Source: the human T2T-CHM13v2.0 reference genome, Homo sapiens
Direction: 5' to 3' (one strand)
Length of the DNA stretch: 64,000 nt
NCBI RefSeq assembly: GCF_009914755.1
Contig: NC_060928.1
Each line of letters starts with the position of its first letter. Position 1 is the first letter of the stretch. Below are positions 1 to 13,639 of this stretch, piece by piece. Below the pieces are notes generated by a model that searched no databases, was not told the origin of the DNA, and was given only the letters and a program-made list of their open reading frames with translations. Made by a program: the position numbers and the translations under genes.

Positions 1-417
1 TGCCTTAAAGAATGTGTAGGGTTTAGGTAGGCAAAAAAGGATGGGCATTCCAGGTCAGAAGAATGGACCAGGTGGTAGGAACATGAAAATAGAGTTCAAC
101 AGGAATCAGACAGTTTGATTGCAGCAGCAGAGAACCATGAGGAAAAAATATGGAATGAAGCTGAAAAGGTAGACTGAGGCCCCAGAAGACAGCCTGACAG
201 ACTAGTGATTCTGGAATTTATCTGGCAGGCATCAGGTGCTTTAACCCTTCAGGTCTTGAGTTGCTGGGATACTGCTTGTAACTACAAACCCTGTGTGTCT
301 CATTCCCAAATGTCCTTTTAGGCTCCTTGTATTCCTCTGAGGAAAGGCATTCTTCAAGACGTCCTCAAGGAAAATATGTTTTCAACATTATAAAATAAAC
401 ATGTTAAAGAATTTCCA

Positions 418-720
418 GGCCAGGCATGGTGGCTCATGCCTGTAATTCCAGCACTTTGGGAAGCTGAGGCAGGAGAGTCACTTGAGTCCAGGAGTTCGAG
501 ACCAGCCTGGCCAACAAAGCAAGACCATGTCTCTACAAAAAAAAAAAAAAAAAAAATTAGCCGTGCGTGGTGGCACATGCCTGTAGTCCTAGCTACTTAG
601 GAGGCTGAGGTGGGAGGATCACCTGAGCCCGAAAGGTTGAGGCTACAGTAAGCCATGATTGTACCACTGCACTCCAGCCTGGGCGACAGAGTGAGACCTC
701 GTCTCAAAATAAAAAAACAA
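418..720 (+). mobile_element. Alu (AluJ-like)
   Basis: Dimeric Alu with A-rich linker and tail. Confidence 0.92.
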
Positions 721-2256
721 AAATCCAGAATTTAAGCATAATGGATTGATCACAAGCTCTTAACTCCTTTCCCTTATTGCACTCCACTAAAATGATAGGA
801 AAAGGATTTTTTAAAATGTATAAATCCTAATAGAAGAAAAGAAGAGGAAATTGAATGAAAGAGAACAACACCATTTGGAAGAAAGAAGACCAAGGCAAAC
901 AGAGTAAGTCAACATGCCCACACCTACCGATGAGGACCCCAGTGAGAACAGAGTGATACACCCATCTGTGGTCCAGGCAGGCTCAGAACTTGGCTTCCCA
1001 GAGGCAGGGGTGAGGCAAAGAGCCAAAGTCTGAGCAGAGGGTGGGAGTGGCAGGTCTCCTCTATCCCACTTAGCCAACAACTGTGGCCAGCACATATGAA
1101 TGCTTAATAACAATTTCTCCATCTGAGAATCATAATATTTGGCCATGAAAGGGATTCTGGTGATCACAGTCTAATTTCCTCAATTTAGGGTGGAAACTGA
1201 GGGACTGACCTCTCCAAGATCACACTGGCTAGCAGAGCCAGAACTAACTCCAAGCTTCTAACTGCCAGTTCATGTTTCACTGTGCCCTGGCGTGGCAACA
1301 TACATGAATTAGCAACATCTTGTCTCTCCCATCTCAAAACCCTCCAAAATCTGCCTGTTACTTAAAAAACAAAAACAAAACAAACAAAAAAATGAATTTG
1401 CCCAGCTCTCTGGCCTCCTCCCCTCCCATGCCCACCCCATTCCACCTCAGTTCCTTTCCCTCTCTGCTGTTCTTTGAGCAATAAAGCATTTCCCACCTCC
1501 CTGGGGTCCTTTGTACTCTTGGCTTCTCCGTGGCCTGCCCTGCTCTTCCTAAGTTCTCTATTCCCTACCTACAGAAACAGCAGGCAAGGCCCCATCTCTC
1601 TCATGCGGCTTTACTTTTCTCATGGCAGGGGGATATTTACTGGTATCTGTACGTTGTCTGCATCTCCCCTTTAGAAGGTAAATTCCAGGACAGCAGGGCA
1701 TTTACCTTCTATACTATTGTGTCCACAGAGCCTACAACAGTACTTGGCACAAAGTAGGTGCTTAAAATATTTTTGTCAAATGAACAGATTCAAGTAAAAA
1801 AGAATTGGGGGTGGTGGCTAAGAAATTCAAGTAGAGATGTCTGTGGGTGCCTTCCAAGTTAGATAGGCTGGGTTTGAATTCAATTATCCCACCGTGGTAG
1901 TCACTATGAATTATAAATCTAGATTTCTCTATTTCTAAATTTGTATTTCGGTCAATTCAGAAAATTTAAGGTTACTGGGTAGATATATTCCTCCACCACT
2001 CCCCATCAATGCCTCCCTCCAGAACACACAGCTTATAACTTTCTCAGCACAGAAAGTTTTAATCCCATGCTTTTGAATGTTCTTGTTTAGCACTTAAAAT
2101 ACCTTTTAATTTTTTTTAATTTTTTTCTTCTCGTAATTTGGATTAAATTCAGTAGAAAATAACCCTTCCATAATGAAGTTGATGATAGAAAACTATGTCT
2201 CTATGTAACAGTCAGACGTAGCAGAGTATAATGGTTGGTTACAAAATAAATTTGTA

Positions 2257-2590
<334 letters not shown>

Positions 2591-2892
2591 TCATGGGGAA
2601 AAAAACCTATTCACAAGAGTAGCTAAAACTATAAAATAGGAATACATTTAACAAGAAAAGTATAGGACTTCAAAAACAACAACTGTTTAACTCTATTCAG
2701 GGAAATAAAATTAACAGATTAAAGTAGAGACACACCACTTTGTTTTTCAAAGGAAGAACTTAGAGAACATAAACCAATTGTAAACATGCTTGTTTATTAG
2801 CTGTTTTACAGTGGAAATGTTTGAGAGTATTTCACTGTCAGAGTTTGCAGAAATTGTCAGATATTAGAACAAATGAAATGTTATGTGCTCTA

Positions 2893-3097
2893 CAGAGGCA
2901 GATCCAGATTTTGAGGGATCTGAAGCTTAAACACTTTGGAGGAGAAATCTTTGTCAATTAAAAATTAAAAATAAAACTAAAATGCAAAATCATAAATGCA
3001 AAAGCTCTGGGGCCCTTCCAGAGGCCTTAGGAAGGGCTATGGAATTGAAAGAGCCTAAAGCTTACTTTTCTTTAACTCCATAGCAGACCCACCTCTG
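2893..3097. mobile_element. hAT-type MITE (MER53-like)
   Basis: Terminal inverted repeats cagaggcagatc...gacccacctctg, ~200 bp; start resembles recalled MER53 consensus. Confidence 0.55.
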
Positions 3098-3118
3098 TTG
3101 TCATAAAAATGTAAAGTT

Positions 3119-3413
3119 GGTCAGACTCGGTAGCTTATGCCTGTAATCTTGGCACTTTGGGAGGCTGAGGCAGGAGGATCCCTTGAGGCCAGAAGTTTAA
3201 GACCAGCCTAGGCAACATAGCAAGACTCCATCTCTACAAAACTAAAAACAAAAAATTAGCAGGAATAGTGGCACGTGCCTGTCATCCTGGTCCTTAGGAG
3301 GCCAAGGTGGGAGGATCCCTTGAGCCCAGGAGTTTGAGGCTGCAGTGAGCTATGACCACACCACTGCACTCCAGTCTGAGTGACAGAATGAGACTGCCTC
3401 TTTATAAAAAAAA
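3119..3413 (+). mobile_element. Alu (AluJ-like)
   Basis: Dimeric Alu. Confidence 0.9.
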
Positions 3414-3470
3414 TGGAGGAGGAGGAGGAGGAGGATGATGAGGAGGAGGAGGAGGAAGAGGGAGGAAAGA
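3414..3470 (+). repeat. (GGA)n purine-rich repeat
   Basis: ggaggaggaggagga...gatgatgaggagga directly after the Alu tail. Confidence 0.9.
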
Positions 3471-4733
3471 AAAACTAAAACTGAGAAAGCAACACCACAG
3501 TTACCACAACTGGCACCCTATCGATATGTGTACCACTGGCAAACATCCAGAGAAAAACATCCACAGCAGACGACCCCCAACAGAGTTCCATGAACATGGT
3601 TCAGAGATGTCAAACACATGAACCTACCCGAGGTATGCATTTCCACCAGTTACCAGAACTCCAAAACATAACCAGACTACCAGCACCACAGATCAATTTA
3701 AAGAGTGAATCACCTGTGATTAGTGACCTAATAACACAATGACACAATTACACTCATTGCAAATGCATTGATATCTGGGAAAAAACAGAGGCAAGAGCAA
3801 AGACTGAAACATGTAAAGACACAATGGGCAACAATGCAACCTACCTTATGTATATAATAATAACAGCTGCTTACATGCACTTACCTACCAGGACCTATCC
3901 TAGCCACTTTATCTATACTGATCCATTTACCCCTCAAAAACTCCTATGAGGGAAGTATTATTATTCTCCCCAGTTTAAAGGTGAGACACAGAGAGATTAA
4001 GTAATTTGTCCTAGGTCATGCAATTAATAAGTAACAGATTTAGAATTTGAACCCAGATAATCTGGCACAAGAGTCCATCCTCTTAGTCTCTCACTCCCTA
4101 ACTTCACAGAAATTCTGTAAACTCAGAGATGGACCTAGACCACAGCTAAAGTTTCCTACAACTAAGAAGGAACAGAATACAGCTGATAAGCTGATTCTAG
4201 AACTTCAAGAAATATATTATCTCATCCAGTGAATTTTGGTCTTGTTTCCTGCAGATATTTTCATCAGAACACCTATCATTAGAAAGTGATTGTGAAGTCT
4301 GAAAATAAAAAAATCACTCTGAGGTTCAAAAAAAATTTTTTTAATTATATCTGATCATTAGCATCAAGCTGCTCATCATTTTCCAAGAAAATTCAAAGTT
4401 TTACTATTTATCCTTATATTGTACTACAATCAGTCCTAGTCAGGATAAGTTAACCCAAAAATGAGCTTACTTTACTATTTTCTAAAGTGTTAAACTAAAT
4501 TACAAATATATTGCAGTAAATGTCCAGGAGTCTTCAACTGTGACAGTTTCTCTGCTGTTGAGATAGACAATGAACGTGAATAAATTCATCTTTGAGTCAC
4601 TTGTGAGTTTTCTTTAAGAAGAATCACTTAAAGTATATATGAAATGTACCATTTAACAAAACTCACTTTAAAGTTCTTGAGCCTTACCACCTAAGCATAA
4701 CCCTTTTCAGCTTCTTTAATATAAGCATTCACA

Positions 4734-5055
4734 GGCTGGGCACAGTGGCTCATGCCTGTAATCCCAGCACTTTGGGAGGCCGAGGTAGGTGGATTGTCTG
4801 AGCTCAGGAGTTTGAGACCAGCCTGGGCAACACGGTAAAACCCCATCTCTACTAAAAATACAAAAACTTAGCCAGGCGTGGTGGCACGCACCTGTAGTCC
4901 CATCTACTCAGGAGGTTGAGTCATGAGAATCACTTGAACCCCGGAGGCGGAGGCTACAGCAAGCAGAGATCATGCCACTGCACTCTAGCTTGGGTGACAG
5001 AGTGAGACTCTGTCTCAAAAAAAAAAAAAATATATATATATATATATGTATATAA
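4734..5055 (+). mobile_element. AluS with (TA)n tail
   Basis: TSD aagcattcaca at 4723-4733 and 5056-5066. Confidence 0.93.
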
Positions 5056-6709
5056 AAGCATTCACAGAAATATTTTTTTTCTGCTGGTCTCTCTTTTCTG
5101 CACAATTCTAATTTACTTAAATGCACAGGGTTCCTAACACCTCACAGGGGTACAGTGCGGAAAAAAACAAACATAAATGAACCACTGGTAAAAGAACACC
5201 CGTTGCAAGGTTTGTTATCTATACAGCCAAAGAAGGGAAGGAGGAAGGAAACATATGAATAGAGGTGGTCAGTGAAGTTACTGTTTAAGGAAGTCCCCCT
5301 TTGTGGGAAGTAGAACAGTGTGGTTTAACAGTACACTCGCCCGAAAGATAAGACATCTTGGTTCGCCTCCTCAGATGGGATGTCACTTCAGAGAACACTG
5401 TCCCCTAGTTTCTTCACTTGTAAAATAGTCCGTGGGCAAATCTGTGGGTTGTTTACAGTTATACTTTATGGGGCACTGAAGACAACAGAACAATGCAAGT
5501 ATGTATACAAAACACTGATATTTCTGTGGGATCTGTGCTATGTAAAATGTAAGAACAGGAGGAAACCTTGAAATCCTCTAGGCACAACTGCCCCATATTA
5601 CACTTGGAAACCCAATGTCCAGTGAAGTTGAGAGTCCCGTGGGCAAGTGCAAACAACGGTGGCACACAAGGTAAGAACGCCAGGTCTCAAGAGACCCCCT
5701 TCATAGCACAGCAGAGGTAGCATAACAAAGTATGTCATTATGAACCCACAGAGGTAGAACTATAGCTTAATCAGATTGTAAGCTTAATGAGGCCAGAACC
5801 ATTCATCTTTTAATTACTCCATCCCTAGCACTGGGTACACACTCACTAAATCTTTGTTGTACAAGTGATGAAGAAAGTAAAACAAATGAGCTGAGTCCCA
5901 TATTACAAATAAAAGATACTTCTACCAGGAAATTATAAACATATTCCTCTCAAAGGCACAAAATTTATATTTTACAATCTTATGAGTAAGGAATTACACC
6001 TATCCATGTGACTTTCGTAGTCGCAAATAAAATTAACAGCAATGCCTATGTGATTGCTTGGAATAAAGATAGAATAAGAAACATGTCATCTAACTAGGTA
6101 ATGGGGAAAAATTCCTTTCCAATAATCTATTAAAAATCATTTTGCAATTTCACCTCAGTCTCTTGCTTACTCGTTTAATTTTATTTAACAAACAATATTG
6201 CACATATTTTGTAGTATTTTCTTTTCAGGGGCTTACCAATGTAGAATCATGCGAAACTTTGAGAAAGTTTTCTAATATGAAAAGTAAAAAAGGTAAATGA
6301 AGAGCTTTGGTAAGAAGACCAAAATGGTATTTTTATCTGAAGTAGTAATCAGTGAACATTAATATTTATTTATCTCAGAAGTACAGTATATTCACAAAAC
6401 TAAAAGGTAATAACATCAGAAGTCCTCCTAAAAAAGTAATAATAGAATTAATTGCTGAGTAACACAAGTGTTTCTAAGCTCCTTTCTGCATATAATTTTC
6501 TACACGTACCTGACCAGCATCAACCTATGGCTAACAGTTGGTGTGTCTGAAATAGTTTTAGAAACAACTCAAAATGTAGTATCACTTTCTTAAATTGTCA
6601 TGTGATTTCTTTTGACAGTTGATAACTTTGTTTATAATAATGTCCACATCTAGTTTGGGGGAGAGATTAATACTAATAAATACTGAATTAAAACATACCC
6701 TTGTTTTAG

Positions 6710-6870
6710 ATTTTTTTTAAGAGATAGTCTTGCTATGTTGCCCAGGCTAGACGTAAACTCTTGGACAACATAGCAAGACTCTGTCCCTGAAAAAAAATTT
6801 CTGGGTGTGATCCTCTGACCTCAGCCTCCTGAGTAACTGGGATTATAAGTGCTAGCCACTATGCCCAGCT
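6710..6870 (-). mobile_element. Alu monomer (FLAM-like) with internal inverted duplication
   Basis: gtcttgctatgttgcccaggct...cctcagcctcctgagtaactgggatta. Confidence 0.75.
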
Positions 6871-7483
6871 GTTTCTAAATTTAAATAATGCACCACTTCA
6901 AAAAATAAAATGGAACAAAATTATGTGGGGAGTAACTCTCACAATGTGAGATCTTTATATTAAAGATCTTTTTGCTTACTTTAAATATTTACTGATCATC
7001 ACCATTGTAATTACTACCAACAAAAACTTTTTTAAAAGGCTAATGGGTGCGAGGTATTGTGTGTGATATGTTTAAATTACAAAACAACTTCTTCCCTCAA
7101 GGAAATTATTATGTAGCCGGTGAGAAAAAAAGGCAATAATCATAACACATATACATTTAACAGGAAATTACATTTAAACAGGAATTCAGAAAGGGCAAGG
7201 CATGTATAACCAGAGGGGTGTACAAAGCCTCCCACTTAAAAGGATTTGGGATGAGACTTGAGTAAATAGACAGGAGAAGGAGAACTGCTAGGCACAGCAG
7301 GACCAAAGCTTCAAAGGTAGGAAAGTGACAAGCACAGACAGTCCCAAGTTATGGTTTGACCTAACGATTTTTCAAATTTATGATGATGCAAAAGCAATAC
7401 ATATTCAGTAGAAACCATACTTCATGTACCCATACTACCATTCTGTTTTTCACTTTTAGTACAGTATTTAATAAATTACATGA

Positions 7484-8446
<963 letters not shown>

Positions 8447-10021
8447 AAATAGGCTTGTGCTAGATGATTTGGCCTAACTGCAGGCTAATGTAAGTGTTCT
8501 GAGCACATTTAAGGTAGGCTAGGCTAACCTACAATGTTCAGTAGGTTAGGTGTCCCAAATACATTTTCAGCTTACAATGGGTTTATCAAGAGGTAACCCT
8601 GTCGTAAGACAAAGAGCATCGGTATTTGCAAGCAAAGGAGTCTGAATAGTCACTAGATGGTATCCATTATAACAACCATATTATTGACACTGTATAGAAT
8701 TAGAGTCCTTATCCACTGGGCAACCCAGACACATCCTTTCCAGAACTAAGGCAGTGCACTCAGAGAGCATGATCCAGAAATATTCGATATGAGCTTGGGT
8801 CCAGGCTTAACAACCAGCTCACTAGGTGACCTGGAGCAAACCATCTCCTTATCTTCAGTTTTCACAAGTGAAAAATCTGGAGGTGATTCTTTAAAGTCTC
8901 TTTAAGCTCTAAAATTGCATGATTCCTCCTTATTACTAACAAATCAACTATCTCCTTGTATTTATCCTCTTGTAATTATTTGCTTTATAAATCTTTATAG
9001 GCCTCAGAACAGAACAGTTCCACAAACACACTAAGTCCCCTTTCACCCCAGGGCCTTTGCACCTGCTGTTCCCTCTGCATTGAATGGACTCTCTCTGCCC
9101 ATCATTGCTCACATTCTCACCCTTGGCCAAGTGGCCTTCCCCAATCTCTACGCCCCAGGAAAAAAAAAAAAAAAAAAAACTGTATACAGGTCTATACTCT
9201 TGCCACCAAGGATTCCTCCACTCATAATTTGGTCTCTTTTTAAACTGTCTTCCAGTGTAAATGCTATCATCCCTATCTTCAAAATAAACACTTTCTAGAA
9301 ACTATTAATTACAAGGAAGTAATTTCAAAGATTTCTAAGAATTCCTCAGCCCAGTAGTTCATAGCATAAAAGGAGAAATACAACTCAAGTTACACAAATT
9401 GTGATGTCAAATGTAGTTCTTTTTTAAAAAAAATGCAAGAAGTTACATACATTTCAAATTAAGACAATTTTTTTTCAAGGTAGACAGGTAGGAGAAGAGG
9501 GGTGGGTAGAAACACTATGTTTATTTCAACTACAATGCCATTTTCCAAATATTCTAGGAATCATTCTTTTTGTAATTGCCTTCAGTTCCTATGTCACAGT
9601 CTTGAATATGTTCAGTGGAAAAATAGCTAAATAAAACTTTGCTTAAAACTCAACTTTCTGATATCACTAAAAATTGCTGACGGACAAGTTTTATGACTAA
9701 ATTAAATTAAGTAATACCATTTCTGAACAACAATGCTGATTTTTCATATAGCCTTTCTCTCATCATAATACAAATAATCAAATGAATAAAACACAACTAT
9801 CACAGCCAGATCAAAGAGTGTTTTTCAAGATCTAGAATATGTCTATTGTTTCTACTCTTAAGTTGCAGGAGGACCAAACCTTTGATTAAACTCCTCTCTT
9901 CATTTAGTAGTAATTACCCCATAAAAAGCTCTGCATGCCTGACAACTGTTTTAATACAAAATAATAAAAAATTAAGCTAGAAGGGGAGGAAACGAGAGAG
10001 ATGGTAAACAGTAACAAGTGA

Positions 10022-10317
10022 TTTTTTTTTTTTCTTGAGATGGAGTCTTGCCCTGTCACCCAGGTGGGAGCGGAATGGCGTGATCTCAGCTCTCTGAAAC
10101 CTCTGCCTCCCAGGTTCAAACGATTCTCTTGACTCAGCCTCCCGAGTAGTTGGGATTACAGGTGCCCGCCACCATGCCCAGCTAATTTTTGTATTTCTAG
10201 TAGAGACGGGGTTTCACCATGTTGGCTAGGCTGGTCTCGAACTCCTGACCTCATGATCCGCCCAACTCGGCCTCCCAAAGTGCTGGGATTACAGGCGTGA
10301 GATACCGCGCCCAGCCA
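10022..10317 (-). mobile_element. AluS
   Basis: Reverse Alu; TSD gtaacaagtgatttt/gtaataagtgatttt. Confidence 0.93.
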
Positions 10318-11236
10318 GTAATAAGTGATTTTTACTCATCCTAGTGAACCATGCTACAATAATTTCTTTGGTGGGGAGGGACACCTTCAGCTCCTAATGA
10401 TAACCATGACAATGAAAGTAGGAGAATAGACTACACTGATTTTTAAGTTTGTGGACTCTTACGTGAAGTCATTGTATGGACTCTTACATGAAATCATTGA
10501 GTAGTCATGAGATAGCTGGCATTTTATAGTATGTAACAAAGGACAGCATTTCTTCCGTATTATCTCTTCCTCTCACCATAGATATTTTAAAACTTTATGT
10601 CTTGACCAACTGAATGCAATGTGTGATTATGGATTAGATCCTGGACTTGGGGCTGGAGGGGCAGGGAGGGTGAGGAATAGCTATAAAGGCATCAGTGGAA
10701 TAATAAATGAAATGTGCTCTGGATCTCCAGATTCAATAATAGTATATCAATGTTAAATGTCTTAATTTTGATCACTGTACTGTAATTATAAAAAAGAATG
10801 TCTAGGGGTATGGATGGAGGGAATGTTAGTATCCCCCTATTCTGTCTTAAATAGATTTCAGCTTCCTAGAGAAAAAAAAAAAAAGACAGTGAATATCATT
10901 AAAGAAAGGTAAACAATTTGGCAAATTAAAGGAGTAAGTAAGACCCTTGGACTTCGGACCTGGCATCATGGCCTCTTGAAGTGATTAATGACAAGAAAGG
11001 TCAGATCTAGGAGAGTAGAATAAAAACACAGATATGAATCAGAAATGGGAGAAGAGATACAAGAAAGGAAATTGAGACACAAAGAAGAAAGTTGATACCA
11101 CCTAATTTCAGAAACAAAGAAATTCAATTGTCTAAGAATATGAGTTTTCAAGGCATAATATAGTTGAGAATTTCCAGAGCCAGAATAATCCCATCACACA
11201 CTAATGATTACATGGAGTATTTAGAGTCATGTCACT

Positions 11237-11350
11237 TTTGTTGTTGTTGTTGTTATACAGAAGATGGCTTGCTATGTTGCCCAGGCTGGTCTCAAACTCT
11301 CTACCTCCTTATGTGTCAGGACCACAGGCCTGAGCCACCACACCTGCCAG
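11237..11350 (-). mobile_element. Degenerate Alu monomer with (TTG)n tail
   Basis: ttgctatgttgcccaggctggtctcaaactc; TSD agagtcat..cactttt on both sides. Confidence 0.7.
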
Positions 11351-11863
11351 AGTCATAGCACTTTTTACAAGCTGGTGGACTGCCTGGTAATCTCTAACAT
11401 TTGATGCAGATACTTCCAATTGCCCGGTAGTACAAGAAATTATTCTTTTCCCATTCCACACCAACTCCCCAGAACCCTAGGAAGTGCTGAAAGATACAAA
11501 CCTTCAGGTAAAGATTAGAAGGACCCAATAAACCTACAGTTTCCACTTGGGGAACCACCTAATATACGAATATAACTAAGGGAGAAACATCAGATCATCT
11601 CAGAACCTCAACAGGCTCTTATCCCTGTATCACTAAGTCTCCAGGTTCCCAGGATTGGTCAAGAAAAAAACCAATATGACCCAGGAGAGCCTATACAAAT
11701 GAGAGATTTCCCAGGGTGTTTGAGACTCATGTCATCGTACTTGTAACTGATTGCCTGCCCCCACCATCATGTTTGTTAACCTAGGTAAAATATTAAAGTT
11801 TCAAGCATCTCGTAACAAGAGAATGCTCAATTTTGGTACAACCAGATTAAATAAGAGAGGCAC

Positions 11864-12859
11864 TGTGGGTGGAGGATTACCTAGGTGCCAAGGCAAGAGA
11901 CTGAAGGCACAAAGTATTTCAGTATAATAAAGAAAGTAGTTAGAATAAGAATAGTCATAATACAAATTAGATATAGAGAGGACCATGAAGAATTATCAGT
12001 CATTATTATAAACATTATTAATCATTAGCTTTTAATATTACTCTTTGTTGCATTACTAATATAACCTAGGAATAACCAGCGGGTATAGGGTCAGGTGCTG
12101 AAGGGACATTGTGAGAAGTGACCTAGAAGGCAAGAGGTGAACCTTCTGTCATGCCCGCATAAGGACCGCTTGAGGGCTCCTTGGTCAAGCGGTAACGCCA
12201 GTGTCTGGGAAGGCACCCATTACTTAGCAGACTGCAAAAGGGAGTCTCCTTTCCTTGGAGGAGTCAGGGAACATTCTGCTCCACCAGCTTCTTGTGGGAG
12301 GCTGGATATTATCCAGGCCTGCCTGCAGTCATCCGGAGGCCTAAACCCCTCCCTGTGGTGCTGTGCTTCAATGGTCACGCTCCTTGTCCACTTTCATGCT
12401 CCTCCTGTACTCCTGGTTCCTCTTTGAAGTTCGTAGTAGATAGCAGTAGAAGAAATAGTGAAAGTCTTAAAGTCTTTGATCTTTCTTATAAGTGCAGAGA
12501 AGAAAATGCTGACGTGTGCAGAGAAGAAAACGCTGACGTATGCTGCCTTCTCTCTCTCTCTCTGCTTCAGCTACCTAAAAGGGAAGGGCCCCCTATACTG
12601 TAATCACGTGATTTGCTTCACCTTGTCAATCACTTAGAAGATTCACCTTCCTTACCCTGCCCCCTTGTCTTATATGCAATAAATATCAGCAAGCCCAGCC
12701 ATTCGGGGCCACTACTGGTCTCCGTGTCTTGATGGTAGTGGTCCCCCAGGCCCAGCTGCTTTTTCTTTATCTCTTTGTCTTGTGCCTTTATTTATTACAA
12801 TCTCTTGTCTCCACACACGGGGAGAACACTCGCTAAGCCCCATAGGGCTGGACGCTGCA
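11864..12859 (+). mobile_element. Solo LTR13-family (ERVK class) LTR
   Basis: 996 bp TG...CA; start TGTGGGTGGAGGATTACCTAGGTGCC matches recalled LTR13; 6-bp TSD AGGCAC/AGGCAT; AATAAA at ~12678. Confidence 0.85.
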
Positions 12860-13211
12860 AGGCATCTGTGGCATTTTGGGAAGAGCACTGAACTTAAGAG
12901 TCACAATATCAAGGTTCGAATTCTAATTCTTCTACCTATTAGCAGTGTGACAACCTTTCTGATTGTCTTGGTTCACAACATACATTTATGTCATGGTTCA
13001 CAACATACATAAATCCTAAATTTATCCTAGAGATGGGGAGATGGGGAGAACTCAATCTTAAATTCCTAAATACATTTAGGATTGAGTTCTCCCCATCTCC
13101 TCATCTCTAGGATATCCAGTGCATCCAGCCATGCAACATGTTCTGAGTACTCCCTCTGCCCTAGGCCCACAGAAATACAAAAATGGATATGAACCCTGCC
13201 CTCAAAGAGTT

Positions 13212-13617
13212 TGATATGGTTTGGATATTTGTCCCCTCCAAATCTAATGCTGAAATATAATCCCCACTGTTGGAAGTGGACCTGGTGGGAGGTGGTTTGG
13301 GTCATGGGGGGCAGATCCCTCATGAATGGCCTGGTGCCCTCCTAGATGGTAATGAATGAGTTCTCACTCTGAGTTCATGTGAGATCTGGTTGTTTTAAAA
13401 GAGTATGGCATCTCTCTTGCTTGCTCTCATCATGGAATACACCAGGTCCCCTTTGCCTTCCACCATGATTGTAAGTTTCCTAAGGCCCCATCAGAAGCAG
13501 ATGCTGGCACCATGCTATTTGTACAGGCTGCAGAACAGTGAGCTAAATAAACCTCTTTTATTTATAAATTACCCAGCCTCAAGTATTTCTTTATAGCAAT
13601 ACGAATGGACTAATACA
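13212..13617 (+). mobile_element. MaLR LTR (MSTB-like)
   Basis: TGATATGGTTTGG...aataaacctc...GGACTAATACA. Confidence 0.85.
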
Positions 13618-13639
13618 CAGCTAAAAAGAAAAGAAAAGA

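Noticed and set aside
12137-12603. ORFs within LTR13
   Set aside because: Solo LTR with TSDs; no internal gag/pol/env sequence.
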